A DNA stretch of 64,000 nucleotides from Candidatus Entotheonellaceae bacterium (GCA_965238075.1 OZ250173.1:448001-512000); one strand, 5' to 3'; counted from the first letter of the stretch, positions 37,920 through 47,996 are shown. Notes: generated from the sequence alone by a model not told the origin. Numbers and translations: made by a program.

Positions 37920-38702
37920 TCAATACACATAACCCAACACCAAATAGCCTTGGCTGTCTCTGATAAAGACCGTATCGCCTTTGTTGTTCCAAATCGGCCT
38001 TCGACTTCCCCAGAACAGTTCGCGCTCGGTGGGCACGCCCAAGCCTGTCCGCAGCGTCACCTTCGCCTGGGGCGCCAGTGTGAAGTTTGAAAATAGATAC
38101 CGGTGGTTGGCGGCGTCTGAGACCGTCCACCCGTTGAGATCTATGGAGTGTTGGCTCTGATTTTCGACGACAATGAATTCATCATTCAGGTTCCGTCTGT
38201 CATCTCCCTTAGCATCCGCATGGACGAATGCAAGGGCGATGGAATGCCCGGTCGCAGCAGGTGCCCAAATTCCCACCCCTGCTGCTCGAGTTTCGTCCTG
38301 AGCCCGTTGTAAGCGGGCTCGATATCTCTCTGCCACAGGATGCCTGAGATGGACGAGACCCTGGCGGAGCAGGGTTTCGTTCACAAAGGTATCGTCTACG
38401 AAAACATAAGCCAGCAGCCGACCATATTTGTCCTGGCGAGAACGGCCGAATTCAAGGCGGACGGTTTTACCTCCGACCAGACGGCGGTTGGCAAGCGTCG
38501 CTTCTTTGGCGTGAGGGTCCCCTTCCTCCGGCGCATTGATGCCGAGATAGCGGACGCGACGGCCGTCTTCCAAACGGCAGGTATCCCCATCAATAACTCG
38601 GAATATGGTGACGGTCTCGGTGTCGATGGCTCCCTGGAATGAGCAACCCCCCAGCACTATGATCAGGATGGTCGCAAACCGGGCCATCCCCGTTTTGCCC
38701 AT
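37920..38702 (-). CDS. Lipoprotein with thermonuclease (SNase) and lamin-tail domains
   Basis: Lipobox LGGC; VIDGDT, VRYLGINAPE and DKYGRLLAYV; NDEFIVVEN...IWNNKGD. Confidence 0.9.
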   Translation of the reverse strand: MGKTGMARFATILIIVLGGCSFQGAIDTETVTIFRVIDGDTCRLEDGRRVRYLGINAPEEGDPHAKEATLANRRLVGGKTVRLEFGRSRQDKYGRLLAYVFVDDTFVNETLLRQGLVHLRHPVAERYRARLQRAQDETRAAGVGIWAPAATGHSIALAFVHADAKGDDRRNLNDEFIVVENQSQHSIDLNGWTVSDAANHRYLFSNFTLAPQAKVTLRTGLGVPTERELFWGSRRPIWNNKGDTVFIRDSQGYLVLGYVY

Positions 38703-38821
38703 GCCATATTCCTCTTCACATCGTTTTCTACAATTCAGCGGGATCAAACGAGAATACCGGCTTCCCCCGCGGCCGAGCCGAGCGGTATCTCACGACGCCA
38801 ATAGGCTGTGCTTGGGTGGAT

Positions 38822-39085
38822 TTACGCCCCGCCGCTGATGGGCGGGACGAAGTGGACTTCGCTGTCGGGGTGAACGCGCTCGATCAGATCGACGGCAAAC
38901 TCTCCGTCCACGGCGACGGCGATGTCGGGGCGCAGGTCGCCATCCTGGAGGAGGCGGTCCTTGAAGCCGGGAAACCGCTCCTCCAGGGCGTTGATAAGGG
39001 CGCGCACCGTATTCCCGTCGATTTGCATCTGGGTCGCCCCACCGGTGAGGCTTTGCAGCATTGCCGGGATGAATACGGTGGCCAT
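38822..39085 (-). CDS. MoaD/ThiS family sulfur-carrier protein (ends GG-A)
   Basis: VFIPAML...RFPG...VHFVPPISGGA. Confidence 0.88.
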   Translation of the reverse strand: MATVFIPAMLQSLTGGATQMQIDGNTVRALINALEERFPGFKDRLLQDGDLRPDIAVAVDGEFAVDLIERVHPDSEVHFVPPISGGA

Positions 39086-39088
39086 GGG

Positions 39089-41380
39089 TTACTCCTGTTC
39101 CAACTGGCTCAGGATGTAGGTGGGGGACATGGGAAGGTCCTTCATACGCTTGCCGGTGGCGCGATAGATGGCGTTGGCAAGCGCCGCTGGCGGCGGCACG
39201 ATGGGTACCTCGCCGACGCCGCGCACGCCGTAGGGGTGGCCGGGATTCGGCACCTCCACGAGCACCGTGTCGATCATCGGCAAGTCCAGCGTGGTCGGCA
39301 TGCGGTAATCCAGGAAGCTGGCGTTCACCATGCTGCCGTCCTTGTTGTACACGAACTCCTCGTTCAGCGCCCAGCCGATGCCCTGCACGGCGCCGCCCTG
39401 GATCTGGCCCTCGACGTAGCTGGGATGGATAGCCGTGCCCACGTCCTGGGTCGCCGTGTAGCGCAGGATGGCCACCTTGCCGGTATCCGGATCTACTTCC
39501 ACGTCGACCACATGCGTCGCAAAAGCGACGCCGACGCCGCGCGGCTGCGAGGTGGCGCGGCCGGTGATCGGCCCGCCGGTGCGCGGCATCATGTCGGCCA
39601 TTTCCTTGAAGGTCATGGTTTTACTGGGGTCCTTGGCGCAGCGGAACACGCCGTCGCTGTATGAAACGTCGTCAGCGGCAAGCTGCGCAGCCGAATCGCC
39701 ATCCTCCGATTCCCGGCTCCAGCGCTCCGCCGCGCGCTCGCGCATCTGGCGGATAACGTCCTGTGAGGCCTCATAGGCGGCGTAACCAGTGGCAAACGTG
39801 GTACGGCTGCCGCCGGTGACGTCCGTGTAGCCCACGCCGTCCGTGCCGGCAACGGTGGGTTTCACGTCTTCGTAAGGAATGCCCAGCGTTTCGGCCGCCT
39901 GCATCGCAATGGAAGCGCGGGTGCCGCCGATGTCGGTGGAACCCTCAACCAACGACACGGTGCCGTCCGAGTTCACGTTGATCACCACGGAGGACTGGAA
40001 ACCGACGTTGAACCAGAAGCCGGACGCCACGCCGCGCCCGCGATTGGGGCCGGTCAGGGGCGATTGGTAATGCTCGTGCTCCAGCGCCGCGTGCACGGTT
40101 TCCAGATAGCCGATGCGCGGGAAGGTTGGCCCGTGCACCTGACGGTCGCCTTCTTTGGCGCCGTTGAGGCGGCGGATTTCCAGCGGGTCCATGCCCAGTT
40201 GCTCGGCGATCTCGTCGATAATCGTTTCCGACGCAAAGGCCGCGTTGGTAGCGCCCGGCGCACGGTACGCCGCGGTCTTGGGCTTGTTCACCACCACGTC
40301 ATAGCCGTCCACCTGCATGTTCGGAATCGCGTACGGGCCGAAGATACACATGGCGCCGGCAGCCACCGGCGAACCCGGAAAGGCGCCCGCCTCGTACATC
40401 AGAGCAGCTTCGGCGGCCACGATGCGCCCGTCTTTGGCGGCGCCCATCTTCACCTTGATATGCGACGCCGGCGTCGGTCCCGTGCCCTCGAATTCCTCGA
40501 TGCGGCTCATGACGATCTTCACTGGCCGGCCTGTTTCGCGGGACAGAATCGCCGCAACCGGCTCGAGGTAGACGGAAATCTTGCCGCCAAAGCCGCCGCC
40601 GATTTCGCACGGCGTCACGGACACCTGCGACACCGAAATGCCCAGTACCTCGGCCACCTGACGCTGCACCACGAAGGCGCCTTGGGTGCTCGTCCAAATG
40701 GACAAGTGCCCCTCTTCGTTCCACATTGCCGTGGCGTTGTGCGGCTCGATGTAGCCCTGGTGCACGGTGGCAGTGTCGAACTCGCGCTCGATCACTATGT
40801 CCGCTTCCTCGAAGCCCGACGCCGGCTCGCCCAGCTTGAACTGAAAATGGTTGACAACGTTGCTGACCTTGTCCGTCTGCTGCCCCAGATCCGTGGACTT
40901 CAGGTCCTCGTGCAGAATCGGCGCCTCGTCCTTCATGGCGTCCAGCACGTCGAGGGCCGCCGGCAGCACCTCATAGTCAACCTCGATCAGCTTCAGGGCT
41001 TCTTCGGCGACGTGGACGTTGGTGGCGGCCACCGCGGCCACGGCATGCCCGCGGTACAGCACCTTGTCGTACGCCAAGGCGTTGTTGCTCAGATGCTTCA
41101 CGTTCACCGACATCTCGCCGAGGTTGGCCATGCGGTCCTCGGCCTTTGGCATGTCGTGCGCCGTTACCACCGCCCGCACGCCAGGCAGGGCTTTCGCCTT
41201 GCTGGTATCGATCGACTTGATGCGGGCGTGCGCGTGTGGGCTGCGCAGCATCTTGCCGTGCAACATGCCGGTCAGCCGCATGTCCGCGCCGTAAATCGCC
41301 CGGCCCGTTACCTTGTCGGCGCCGTCGGGCCGCACCGGACGGGTTCCGATGACCTTATACGCTGCCGTTGCTTCTGCCAT
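39089..41380 (-). CDS. Xanthine dehydrogenase / CoxL family molybdopterin-binding subunit
   Basis: RSPHAHA, QGYIEPH, GGGFGGK, AYRAPG, EGQIQGG and RGVGEVP; GGAGG RBS. Confidence 0.95.
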   Translation of the reverse strand: MAEATAAYKVIGTRPVRPDGADKVTGRAIYGADMRLTGMLHGKMLRSPHAHARIKSIDTSKAKALPGVRAVVTAHDMPKAEDRMANLGEMSVNVKHLSNNALAYDKVLYRGHAVAAVAATNVHVAEEALKLIEVDYEVLPAALDVLDAMKDEAPILHEDLKSTDLGQQTDKVSNVVNHFQFKLGEPASGFEEADIVIEREFDTATVHQGYIEPHNATAMWNEEGHLSIWTSTQGAFVVQRQVAEVLGISVSQVSVTPCEIGGGFGGKISVYLEPVAAILSRETGRPVKIVMSRIEEFEGTGPTPASHIKVKMGAAKDGRIVAAEAALMYEAGAFPGSPVAAGAMCIFGPYAIPNMQVDGYDVVVNKPKTAAYRAPGATNAAFASETIIDEIAEQLGMDPLEIRRLNGAKEGDRQVHGPTFPRIGYLETVHAALEHEHYQSPLTGPNRGRGVASGFWFNVGFQSSVVINVNSDGTVSLVEGSTDIGGTRASIAMQAAETLGIPYEDVKPTVAGTDGVGYTDVTGGSRTTFATGYAAYEASQDVIRQMRERAAERWSRESEDGDSAAQLAADDVSYSDGVFRCAKDPSKTMTFKEMADMMPRTGGPITGRATSQPRGVGVAFATHVVDVEVDPDTGKVAILRYTATQDVGTAIHPSYVEGQIQGGAVQGIGWALNEEFVYNKDGSMVNASFLDYRMPTTLDLPMIDTVLVEVPNPGHPYGVRGVGEVPIVPPPAALANAIYRATGKRMKDLPMSPTYILSQLEQE

Positions 41381-41430
41381 AGTGGAAACACCTCCATGTG
41401 GTTATGTGACGTGCCAAAACGCCGGGATGA

Positions 41431-42486
41431 TCATGCGCGCGTCAATTCCCCAAAGCGCGTGAAGAGAAAGTGGTCGTGGTAATAATGAACCAACAGAAAG
41501 GACAGAACAACAATGTAATAACTCTGCTCGAACGGCAGGTGCGAGAGAGTGACAATCACACCGATGAGCATCAATGCTCCCAGCGTCAAGGCGACGTTAA
41601 CGCCGTAAAACGCCCCGAAACGTCCTTTGGCGGCGATGGCCTGCAAGGGGCCCGGTCCGATCTCGCCGCGTTGCTGCCGCAGGGTGGTGATGTACCAGGT
41701 CAGGGCAAGATACTGGAAGGAATGCCAGGTGTTGAAGCCCTGGAAGGCGATTTCCAATCGGTCGCCGCTGTAACTCGTGATAAGTAGGGACAAACCGATG
41801 GTCACCGCCATCAGCAGGATCTTGGGATAATGCACCCGCCCCTGCCGGACTTCGATCACCGTCTTCACCACGAAAGCCGCAAGCGCCAAGACGAAGAACG
41901 CCGACACGGCATAGAACACCAGCGGTGTTTTGAGCACGTCGGGGTATAGCAACAGCGTGCTGCCGATGGTGAACTCGTCGTGAATGAAGCGGTAGGACGC
42001 CAGCGGGTACAGACTGCTGAAGACGACGGCATAGTCAATGAACCTCGACCATTTCTGCAACCCGACCGCTTGTCTGCGGTCGTAGCATTCCAGGATATAG
42101 GCGATCTGGTGCAGCACGTGCACCGAGGCCCAAAAGAAGAACAGGGTGATCAGCAACTGGAAATGCCACAGCGCGCAGGCCACCACCAGCACGGGAATGA
42201 CCAGGGACGTGCCGATCAGCCAAGGATGGCGTTGTCGGAAGGATTCGTCGAGAGCCGTGCGGAAGAACGTCGCATACATGTGCGGGCCGCCGATAATGCC
42301 CGCGATAAACAGGTTCACGAAGGTGGCCGAGGTGCCGATGAATTCATACAGAATCAGCGGGATGACAACCAGCACGCCGCTGCCGGTGAGATAGGCGAGG
42401 TCCCAGCCCTTGCTGTGCAGCCAAAGCCCCTGGTTCCGGGAAGCCGCAGATGCCGCGCCTCCCATCGCCGCACTTGGGATGCTCAT
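41431..42486 (-). CDS. Polytopic membrane protein with four His motifs, function unknown
   Basis: About 9 hydrophobic helices; GPHMYAT, WASVHVLHQ, TWHSFQY and VHYYHDH. Confidence 0.8.
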   Translation of the reverse strand: MSIPSAAMGGAASAASRNQGLWLHSKGWDLAYLTGSGVLVVIPLILYEFIGTSATFVNLFIAGIIGGPHMYATFFRTALDESFRQRHPWLIGTSLVIPVLVVACALWHFQLLITLFFFWASVHVLHQIAYILECYDRRQAVGLQKWSRFIDYAVVFSSLYPLASYRFIHDEFTIGSTLLLYPDVLKTPLVFYAVSAFFVLALAAFVVKTVIEVRQGRVHYPKILLMAVTIGLSLLITSYSGDRLEIAFQGFNTWHSFQYLALTWYITTLRQQRGEIGPGPLQAIAAKGRFGAFYGVNVALTLGALMLIGVIVTLSHLPFEQSYYIVVLSFLLVHYYHDHFLFTRFGELTRA

Positions 42487-42727
42487 GCCGGGCAGACTCC
42501 TTTACCAGCTGGTGCCTTCACTATCCAACGCAATCCGTCACGACGACTGGAAACGCCAGCCCAAGGTGGACCTAATACCTTATGGAAGAAGCAGTTTGGC
42601 AAATTCACCTGTAAATCACAAGCCTCTGTAGCCTCTGCTAGAATTTTCTGGGGATGCAATTGGAAATACTGTATAGTCTGCGAGTTTAAACGCTTCCGAT
42701 TCCTACCCTTGCAGGGGAGTTCCCTTC

Positions 42728-44767
42728 ATGAGTTTGCTTTCCATTGAGCCCCCGGCCGGTCAAATCCAGCACGACACCGAGACTCGAACGGGGGATATTC
42801 GAGGCTTGCACGTCGTGCTACTGAAGCCTTCCAAGTATGACGACGATGGCTACGTGCTGCGCCATTGGCGCGGCGTTCTGCCCAGCAACACGATGGCGTG
42901 CCTGTATGGCCTCACCGAGGATGTCAAGCGCCGCCAAGCGCTACGAAAAGACCTGGACATCAGCATAGAACTCCTGGACGAGGCCGTTCAAAAAATCAAC
43001 GTCGCCAAGATCCTGCGCCAGAGCAAGCGCAGCGGCTGGAAGACGGTCATCTGCCTTGCCGGGGTGCAGACCAACCAGTACCCCCGTGCGATCGATCTGG
43101 CGCGCGAATTCCGCGCCGCCGGCCTGACGGTTATCATCGGCGGCTTTCACGTCAGCGGCACCCTGGCCCTGTTCCACAATCCAACGCCCGACATCCAGGA
43201 AATCCTGGACCTCGGCGTCACCGTCGTCAGCGGCGAAGTAGAAGACCATTGGGAAAACCTGCTGCGTGACGCCCTGCTCGATGAATTAAAACCACTATAT
43301 AACTACTTGGAGCCCACCCCCGACCTGGACACCCCGCCGATTCCTATGATCCACAAGAAATACCTGAACCGCTTCGCCTACAAGCAATTCGGCACCATCG
43401 ACTGCGGCCGCGGCTGCCCCTTCAGTTGCAGCTTCTGCTCGATCATCAATGTCCAGGGTCGCAAGATGCGCATGCGCAACCCGGAGTCGATTGCCCAGGC
43501 GATCAAGGAGAACTACGAGCAGTCGCAGATTTCCTTCTACTTCTTCACCGATGACAACTTCGCCCGCAACAAGAAGTGGCGCGAGATTTTCGAGGCCATC
43601 ATCCGGCTGCGGGAGACGGACGGCATTACCATCGAGTTCATCATGCAGGTGGACGTGTTGTCCTACAAAATCAAGGATTTCGTGTCCCTGGCACGGCAAG
43701 CCGGCTGCACGCAGGTGTTCATCGGTATGGAAAGCATCAACGATGACAACTTGGAAGCGGCGGACAAAGGCCAGAACGACTCCTCCGACTACTGCAACCT
43801 GATCGACGCCTGGCGCGCCGCCGAGATCTCCACCCACGTCGGGTTTATCATCGGCTTCCCGTTCGACACGTACGAGTCAATAAAGAAAGACGTCAAGCGC
43901 CTGCAGGAGGAAATTCAGGTCGACCAGGCGTCGTTCTTCATGCTCACCCCCATTCCCGGCTCGATGGATCACCTGAACGCCGTGAAAGAGGGGGTGCCCA
44001 TTGATTCGGACCTCAACCTTTACGATTCGTTCCACCCCACCATGGACCACCCGAACATGACGCGTGACGAGTGGTTCCAGGCGTACCGCGACGCTTGGCA
44101 GTCGTTTTACAGCTTCGAGAACATGAAGGCTATCCTGACACGCGCCACGCCGCGCATGTACTGGGGTGCCTTCAAAAACATCGTGTGGTACAAGAACGGC
44201 GCCATTCTGGAAGGCAACCACCCCATGATGACCGGCTTTGTCCGGCTCAAGGGCCGCACGGCACGGCGGCCAGGCATGGCCATCGACAGCCGCTTGCAAT
44301 ACTGGCGCTGGCGCGTTCCCGAGGTGCTGGGCTATCTGAAGGCCACTGTGCATTTCTTGCTGGAGTTGGAGGAGTTGTGGCTGCAGACCCGCAAGCGTAG
44401 CGAGCGCGAGCAGCGCCTGCTAGACGCTCTGGCGCAAATTCGGGGCGAGGTGCTCAGCAACGTGCGCATCGCCGACCTGCAGCGCGCCTATGCGCACGCA
44501 AAGCTGCAGGTGCCGTCGCGGCTGCGGCTCGTCCTTAGTGAATACAATATCCTGTCGATCCACCGCATCACGACCCGCGAGGAACTGCGGCAGTTCTGGC
44601 AGCACACCAAGGAGCAACTTCGCAGCGGGCGGCTCACCAGAATTCGCCTGCACACGATGGTGCGCAACGTGTGGCGTGAGTTGAAGCTGCACACCAGCTT
44701 TGCGATCAGCTTTTCTTTCAACCTGATGCCGTCGCGGCCGCCGCAAAACAGGATGGCAGTGGAATAG
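42728..44767 (+). CDS. Cobalamin-binding radical SAM protein
   Basis: RGCPFSCSFC (CxxxCxxC), IIGGFHVSG, FFTDDNF, FIGMES and IIGFP. Confidence 0.9.
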   Translation: MSLLSIEPPAGQIQHDTETRTGDIRGLHVVLLKPSKYDDDGYVLRHWRGVLPSNTMACLYGLTEDVKRRQALRKDLDISIELLDEAVQKINVAKILRQSKRSGWKTVICLAGVQTNQYPRAIDLAREFRAAGLTVIIGGFHVSGTLALFHNPTPDIQEILDLGVTVVSGEVEDHWENLLRDALLDELKPLYNYLEPTPDLDTPPIPMIHKKYLNRFAYKQFGTIDCGRGCPFSCSFCSIINVQGRKMRMRNPESIAQAIKENYEQSQISFYFFTDDNFARNKKWREIFEAIIRLRETDGITIEFIMQVDVLSYKIKDFVSLARQAGCTQVFIGMESINDDNLEAADKGQNDSSDYCNLIDAWRAAEISTHVGFIIGFPFDTYESIKKDVKRLQEEIQVDQASFFMLTPIPGSMDHLNAVKEGVPIDSDLNLYDSFHPTMDHPNMTRDEWFQAYRDAWQSFYSFENMKAILTRATPRMYWGAFKNIVWYKNGAILEGNHPMMTGFVRLKGRTARRPGMAIDSRLQYWRWRVPEVLGYLKATVHFLLELEELWLQTRKRSEREQRLLDALAQIRGEVLSNVRIADLQRAYAHAKLQVPSRLRLVLSEYNILSIHRITTREELRQFWQHTKEQLRSGRLTRIRLHTMVRNVWRELKLHTSFAISFSFNLMPSRPPQNRMAVE

Positions 44768-44773
44768 GGACGC

Positions 44774-44804
44774 CGCCCCGCGAGCATGCTCGCGGGGCGT
44801 TTTT
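44774..44804 (+). terminator. Rho-independent terminator
   Basis: CGCCCCGCGAGC-AT-GCTCGCGGGGCG followed by TTTTT, just after the radical SAM stop codon. Confidence 0.8.
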
Positions 44805-44821
44805 CATGGAGGGCAAACACC

Positions 44822-45196
44822 GTGGCAAAGTTTCAACTGCATCACATTCATCATGAAGCCGCCGACGTCGACGCCGCAGTGGCGTTCTACGAAAAGAATT
44901 TTCAGGCCGAGTTGGAGGAGCGCACGGTCCGCAACGGCGAGCAGTGGGCGCGGGTGCGGCTTGGCGGCACGCTGCTCAACATCAGCGACCGCGCCACCAC
45001 GCAGGTCGGTCTGGAGCGCTATCAGGGCATCGATCACTTCGCGCTGCACACCAGCGATTTTGCCGGCACGGTGGCCGCCTTGAAGGCCAACGGCGTGCAT
45101 TTCTTCACCGAGCCCATGTCGCCCCGGCCGGGCGTCGAGATCGCCTTCATTTCCGGGCCCGACAACATCAAGATCGAGCTCATGCACCTCAGTTGA
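44822..45196 (+). CDS. VOC / glyoxalase family protein
   Basis: HHIH...FY, GIDHFAL and FISGPDNIKIEL; GGAGG RBS before GTG. Confidence 0.9.
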   Translation: MAKFQLHHIHHEAADVDAAVAFYEKNFQAELEERTVRNGEQWARVRLGGTLLNISDRATTQVGLERYQGIDHFALHTSDFAGTVAALKANGVHFFTEPMSPRPGVEIAFISGPDNIKIELMHLS

Positions 45197-45215
45197 TTTC
45201 ATGGGGAGCCGCGCG

Positions 45216-45884
45216 ATGGACACCAACATCTCCCGTCAAGCCCGAGACCTGAATGCAGAAAATACCTGGCCGCGCCGTCGACTGCTGCAGGCAGGCTGCG
45301 CAAGCGTGCTGGGATTGACTTTTGGCAGCCCGTTGGCCAACGCCATGTACCATGTCGACCCCCCTGCCGAGCCCGACGCTGCTGCCATGGCTCCGACACC
45401 GGAATGCCATGACGGGGACGAACCCACCCCGCGCCAAGGCGCCGGGCCATTCTACACGCCGGATTCCCCGCAACGCGCCAACCTGATCGAGCCCGGCCTG
45501 CCGGGAACCCGCCTGGTGCTGGTCGGGAACGTGCTGCAAACCTCGTGTCAGCCTCTCGCCGGCGTCCTGCTGGATTTCTGGCAAGCCGACGACGAGGGAG
45601 GCTACGACAACCAGGGCTACACCCTGCGCGGTCATCAGTTCACCGATGCCAGCGGCCAATACCGCTTGGAAACCATCGTGCCGGGTCTATACCCCGGCCG
45701 CACCCGCCACATCCACGTGCGGGTGCAAGCCCCCAACACCCGCGCCATCACCACCCAGCTTTACTTCCCCGATGTCCCCCAGAACGAGCGCGATTTCATC
45801 TATCACCCGCTTCTGTTGGTGCAGCCCCTCGACTCGCCCCGCCAGGGGATGAAGGCGCAGTTCGATTTCGTTCTCCGCGTTTGA
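45216..45884 (+). CDS. Intradiol ring-cleavage dioxygenase-like protein with Tat-like signal
   Basis: RRRLL leader; GPFY, DFWQAD..G.YD, LRG and PGLYPGRTRHIH. Confidence 0.88.
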   Translation: MDTNISRQARDLNAENTWPRRRLLQAGCASVLGLTFGSPLANAMYHVDPPAEPDAAAMAPTPECHDGDEPTPRQGAGPFYTPDSPQRANLIEPGLPGTRLVLVGNVLQTSCQPLAGVLLDFWQADDEGGYDNQGYTLRGHQFTDASGQYRLETIVPGLYPGRTRHIHVRVQAPNTRAITTQLYFPDVPQNERDFIYHPLLLVQPLDSPRQGMKAQFDFVLRV

Positions 45885-45939
45885 TTCCTGCATACAGCCG
45901 AAATTGTAGAATGGGTGACGCGAACAAGGCATTTACAAC

Positions 45940-46251
45940 ATGAACGCCCATATCGACGTGCCGCCTGACAAGATCACCGACTTCTGCAAACGCTGGCAGA
46001 TTTTGGAACTGGCACTCTTCGGTTCCGTGTTGCGGGACGATTTCGGCCCTGAAAGCGACGTGGATGTGCTGGTTCGCTTCGATCCGCAAGCGCGACACAC
46101 GCTTTTCGACTTGGCGCAAATGCAGGACGATTTAAGCGCGTTACTCGCACGGAAAGTGGACCTGATCGAACGGGTGGCGGTGGAACGAAGCCCAAATTAC
46201 ATACGCCGCAAGGCCATCCTCCGATCCGCCGAGACGATCTATGCGGCATAA
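45940..46251 (+). CDS. MNT nucleotidyltransferase antitoxin
   Basis: LFGSVLRDDFGPESDVDVLV (GSx10DxD) and RKVDL. Confidence 0.92.
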   Translation: MNAHIDVPPDKITDFCKRWQILELALFGSVLRDDFGPESDVDVLVRFDPQARHTLFDLAQMQDDLSALLARKVDLIERVAVERSPNYIRRKAILRSAETIYAA

Positions 46252-46582
46252 TGACGCCTTTCTGCTCGATATGCTGTTGGCGGCTCGAGAGGCGAGGAAA
46301 TTCGCCGACGACCTGACATTCATGGCATTTGAGCAAAACCGCATGGCACAGCTTGCGATCCCGAAGGCAGTGGAAATCGTCGGGGAGGCTGCGTCTCGCG
46401 TCAGCCCCGAGGGTAAAGAGGTGCACCCCGAAGTCCCCTGGCCCCGAATCGTTGGTATGCGGAATCGTCTCGTACATGGATATTTCAACGTCAACCTGCA
46501 GCGCGTTTGGGAGACCGTGCAAGAGGACATCCCGCGTCTGATTTCCCAACTGGAAGCGTTGGTGCCACCTGAGGTGGAGTAG
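46241..46582 (+). CDS. HEPN (DUF86) RNase toxin
   Basis: EIVGEAA, PEVPW and GMRNRLVHGY (Rx4H followed by Tyr); overlaps the MNT gene. Confidence 0.92.
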   Translation: MRHNDAFLLDMLLAAREARKFADDLTFMAFEQNRMAQLAIPKAVEIVGEAASRVSPEGKEVHPEVPWPRIVGMRNRLVHGYFNVNLQRVWETVQEDIPRLISQLEALVPPEVE

Positions 46583-46617
46583 CACCCTGCCAGTGGGTGG
46601 TGAGTGACATCCTGATT

Positions 46618-47517
46618 TTACCTCCCACTGCCCTGCCCCGCTTCGCCCCACGATACCCAAAACAGATACAACCCCAGGTAGGCGAAGAAGAAATCCTGGT
46701 ACAACAGCAGCGCATTGCCGACCTGGAAAAGGAACAGCAAGGGAATCAGCCACCGCCGGGCGTGGCGCGAGAAAAGCGCTGCCGGGGCGCTGAGTTCCAC
46801 CGCGAGCACCACGACGGCAAGCACCCTGCACACGCCCGGACGCGCGATCAGCCAATCCGCCAGCAGGTGGCTCCAGGCCGCCGCCCCTTCCGAACGGAAT
46901 ACGTACTGGTTCTCCAGAAAATAATTCCGCAGTGTGTCGGATAAAACCCACTCAAGCCCCGCTTGCCGCAGTTTCGCCAATCCTGCCGCCAGAAACACCG
47001 TCACGAAAACCAGCCGCACCAGTTGGACTGGCCAACGGTATTGACCACCCGTGTCCGCGGTCTTGCCTGTGATGGTCCGGCGGATGAGGGCGTCCAGCGA
47101 CAGCGCGTCGCCGCACGGCGCCAGGGCCAGGATGCCCATGACGATGGGCACGATGGCGTGCGCCCAGTGCAGGTAGCCGTAATTGAACTGGAGCCCGAGG
47201 ACGTACAGGCCGAGCACGAAGGCCGTGAGCGTCGCCAGCCGGGTCATCAGGCCCAGGGCTGCGAGGATTACGCTGATCTCGAACGCCGTAACCAGCCATC
47301 CCATGACCCCCCAGCTCGGCACTGGCAGGGACAGCCAGGCGAAGAAGCTGCGCGGCTGGTAAAAACCGGGCGGGAACAGGGCGTACCACCGCAGGTCGGT
47401 GCGGGCGAGAAATAGGACGTAGAAGGACGCAAAGAAGCCGGCGCGGCATAGTCCCAGCGGCCACGGCGCGGCGGGCGCGAACCAGAAGATGTTCCAGATC
47501 GCGGCAAGGAGGCTCAT
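46618..47517 (-). CDS. HTTM-domain membrane protein (SdpB / gamma-carboxylase N-terminus-like)
   Basis: LGLMTR, His-containing loop YGYLHWAH, GDALSLD, WPVQL, FLAAGLAKL...W and VELSAP; ATGA overlap with the upstream gene. Confidence 0.8.
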   Translation of the reverse strand: MSLLAAIWNIFWFAPAAPWPLGLCRAGFFASFYVLFLARTDLRWYALFPPGFYQPRSFFAWLSLPVPSWGVMGWLVTAFEISVILAALGLMTRLATLTAFVLGLYVLGLQFNYGYLHWAHAIVPIVMGILALAPCGDALSLDALIRRTITGKTADTGGQYRWPVQLVRLVFVTVFLAAGLAKLRQAGLEWVLSDTLRNYFLENQYVFRSEGAAAWSHLLADWLIARPGVCRVLAVVVLAVELSAPAALFSRHARRWLIPLLFLFQVGNALLLYQDFFFAYLGLYLFWVSWGEAGQGSGR

Positions 47518-47996
47518 CGCATGGTTGCAGGCAGGGAAACGGATTGCAGGAGGGTGCGAGAATCGGGTTTGTCGAAATTGGCGGCGCCCGGCAGGGCCGT
47601 CCAACGCACCCGGTAGACCTCGATGCGGTCTAACGGCGGGCCGTTATGTTCGCCCAGCCGGCGTTGCGTTTCGTAGGCGTCCAACAACCCGGTCAGAGCG
47701 CGGCGGGCCGGCGTCGGGTCCACCTCGCCCAGTACGTCCAGTGAATACAGGGACCGCAACAGCTCACTGTAAGCGAATGGCACGATGTACCCTTCGTCAT
47801 CCAGCCGTACCGCGTTCCCGTCAGGGGTGCGGCCTACCAGTTCCAACCAGTCGACTTCGGGGGTCGGCTTGCTGTCGGCGTACATGCGGTAATCCAGGAA
47901 GGGCCACGCCTCGCCGCCCACAAGGGCGACCAGCACCGACGGCAGCCCGAAGGCCAGCATGGCAACGTAGGCCGCCAGCCGTTGGCGCCGGGGCAT
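47514..47996 (-). CDS. Single-TM partner of the HTTM protein
   Basis: N-terminal TM followed by EAWPFLDYRMYA; translationally coupled to the HTTM gene. Confidence 0.7.
   Translation of the reverse strand: MPRRQRLAAYVAMLAFGLPSVLVALVGGEAWPFLDYRMYADSKPTPEVDWLELVGRTPDGNAVRLDDEGYIVPFAYSELLRSLYSLDVLGEVDPTPARRALTGLLDAYETQRRLGEHNGPPLDRIEVYRVRWTALPGAANFDKPDSRTLLQSVSLPATMR

Noticed and set aside
37221..38090. 289-aa ORF after the HAD gene
   Set aside because: A chance read-through of YhcG, vapB and vapC remnants and the antisense of the nuclease gene; only short stretches match real proteins.
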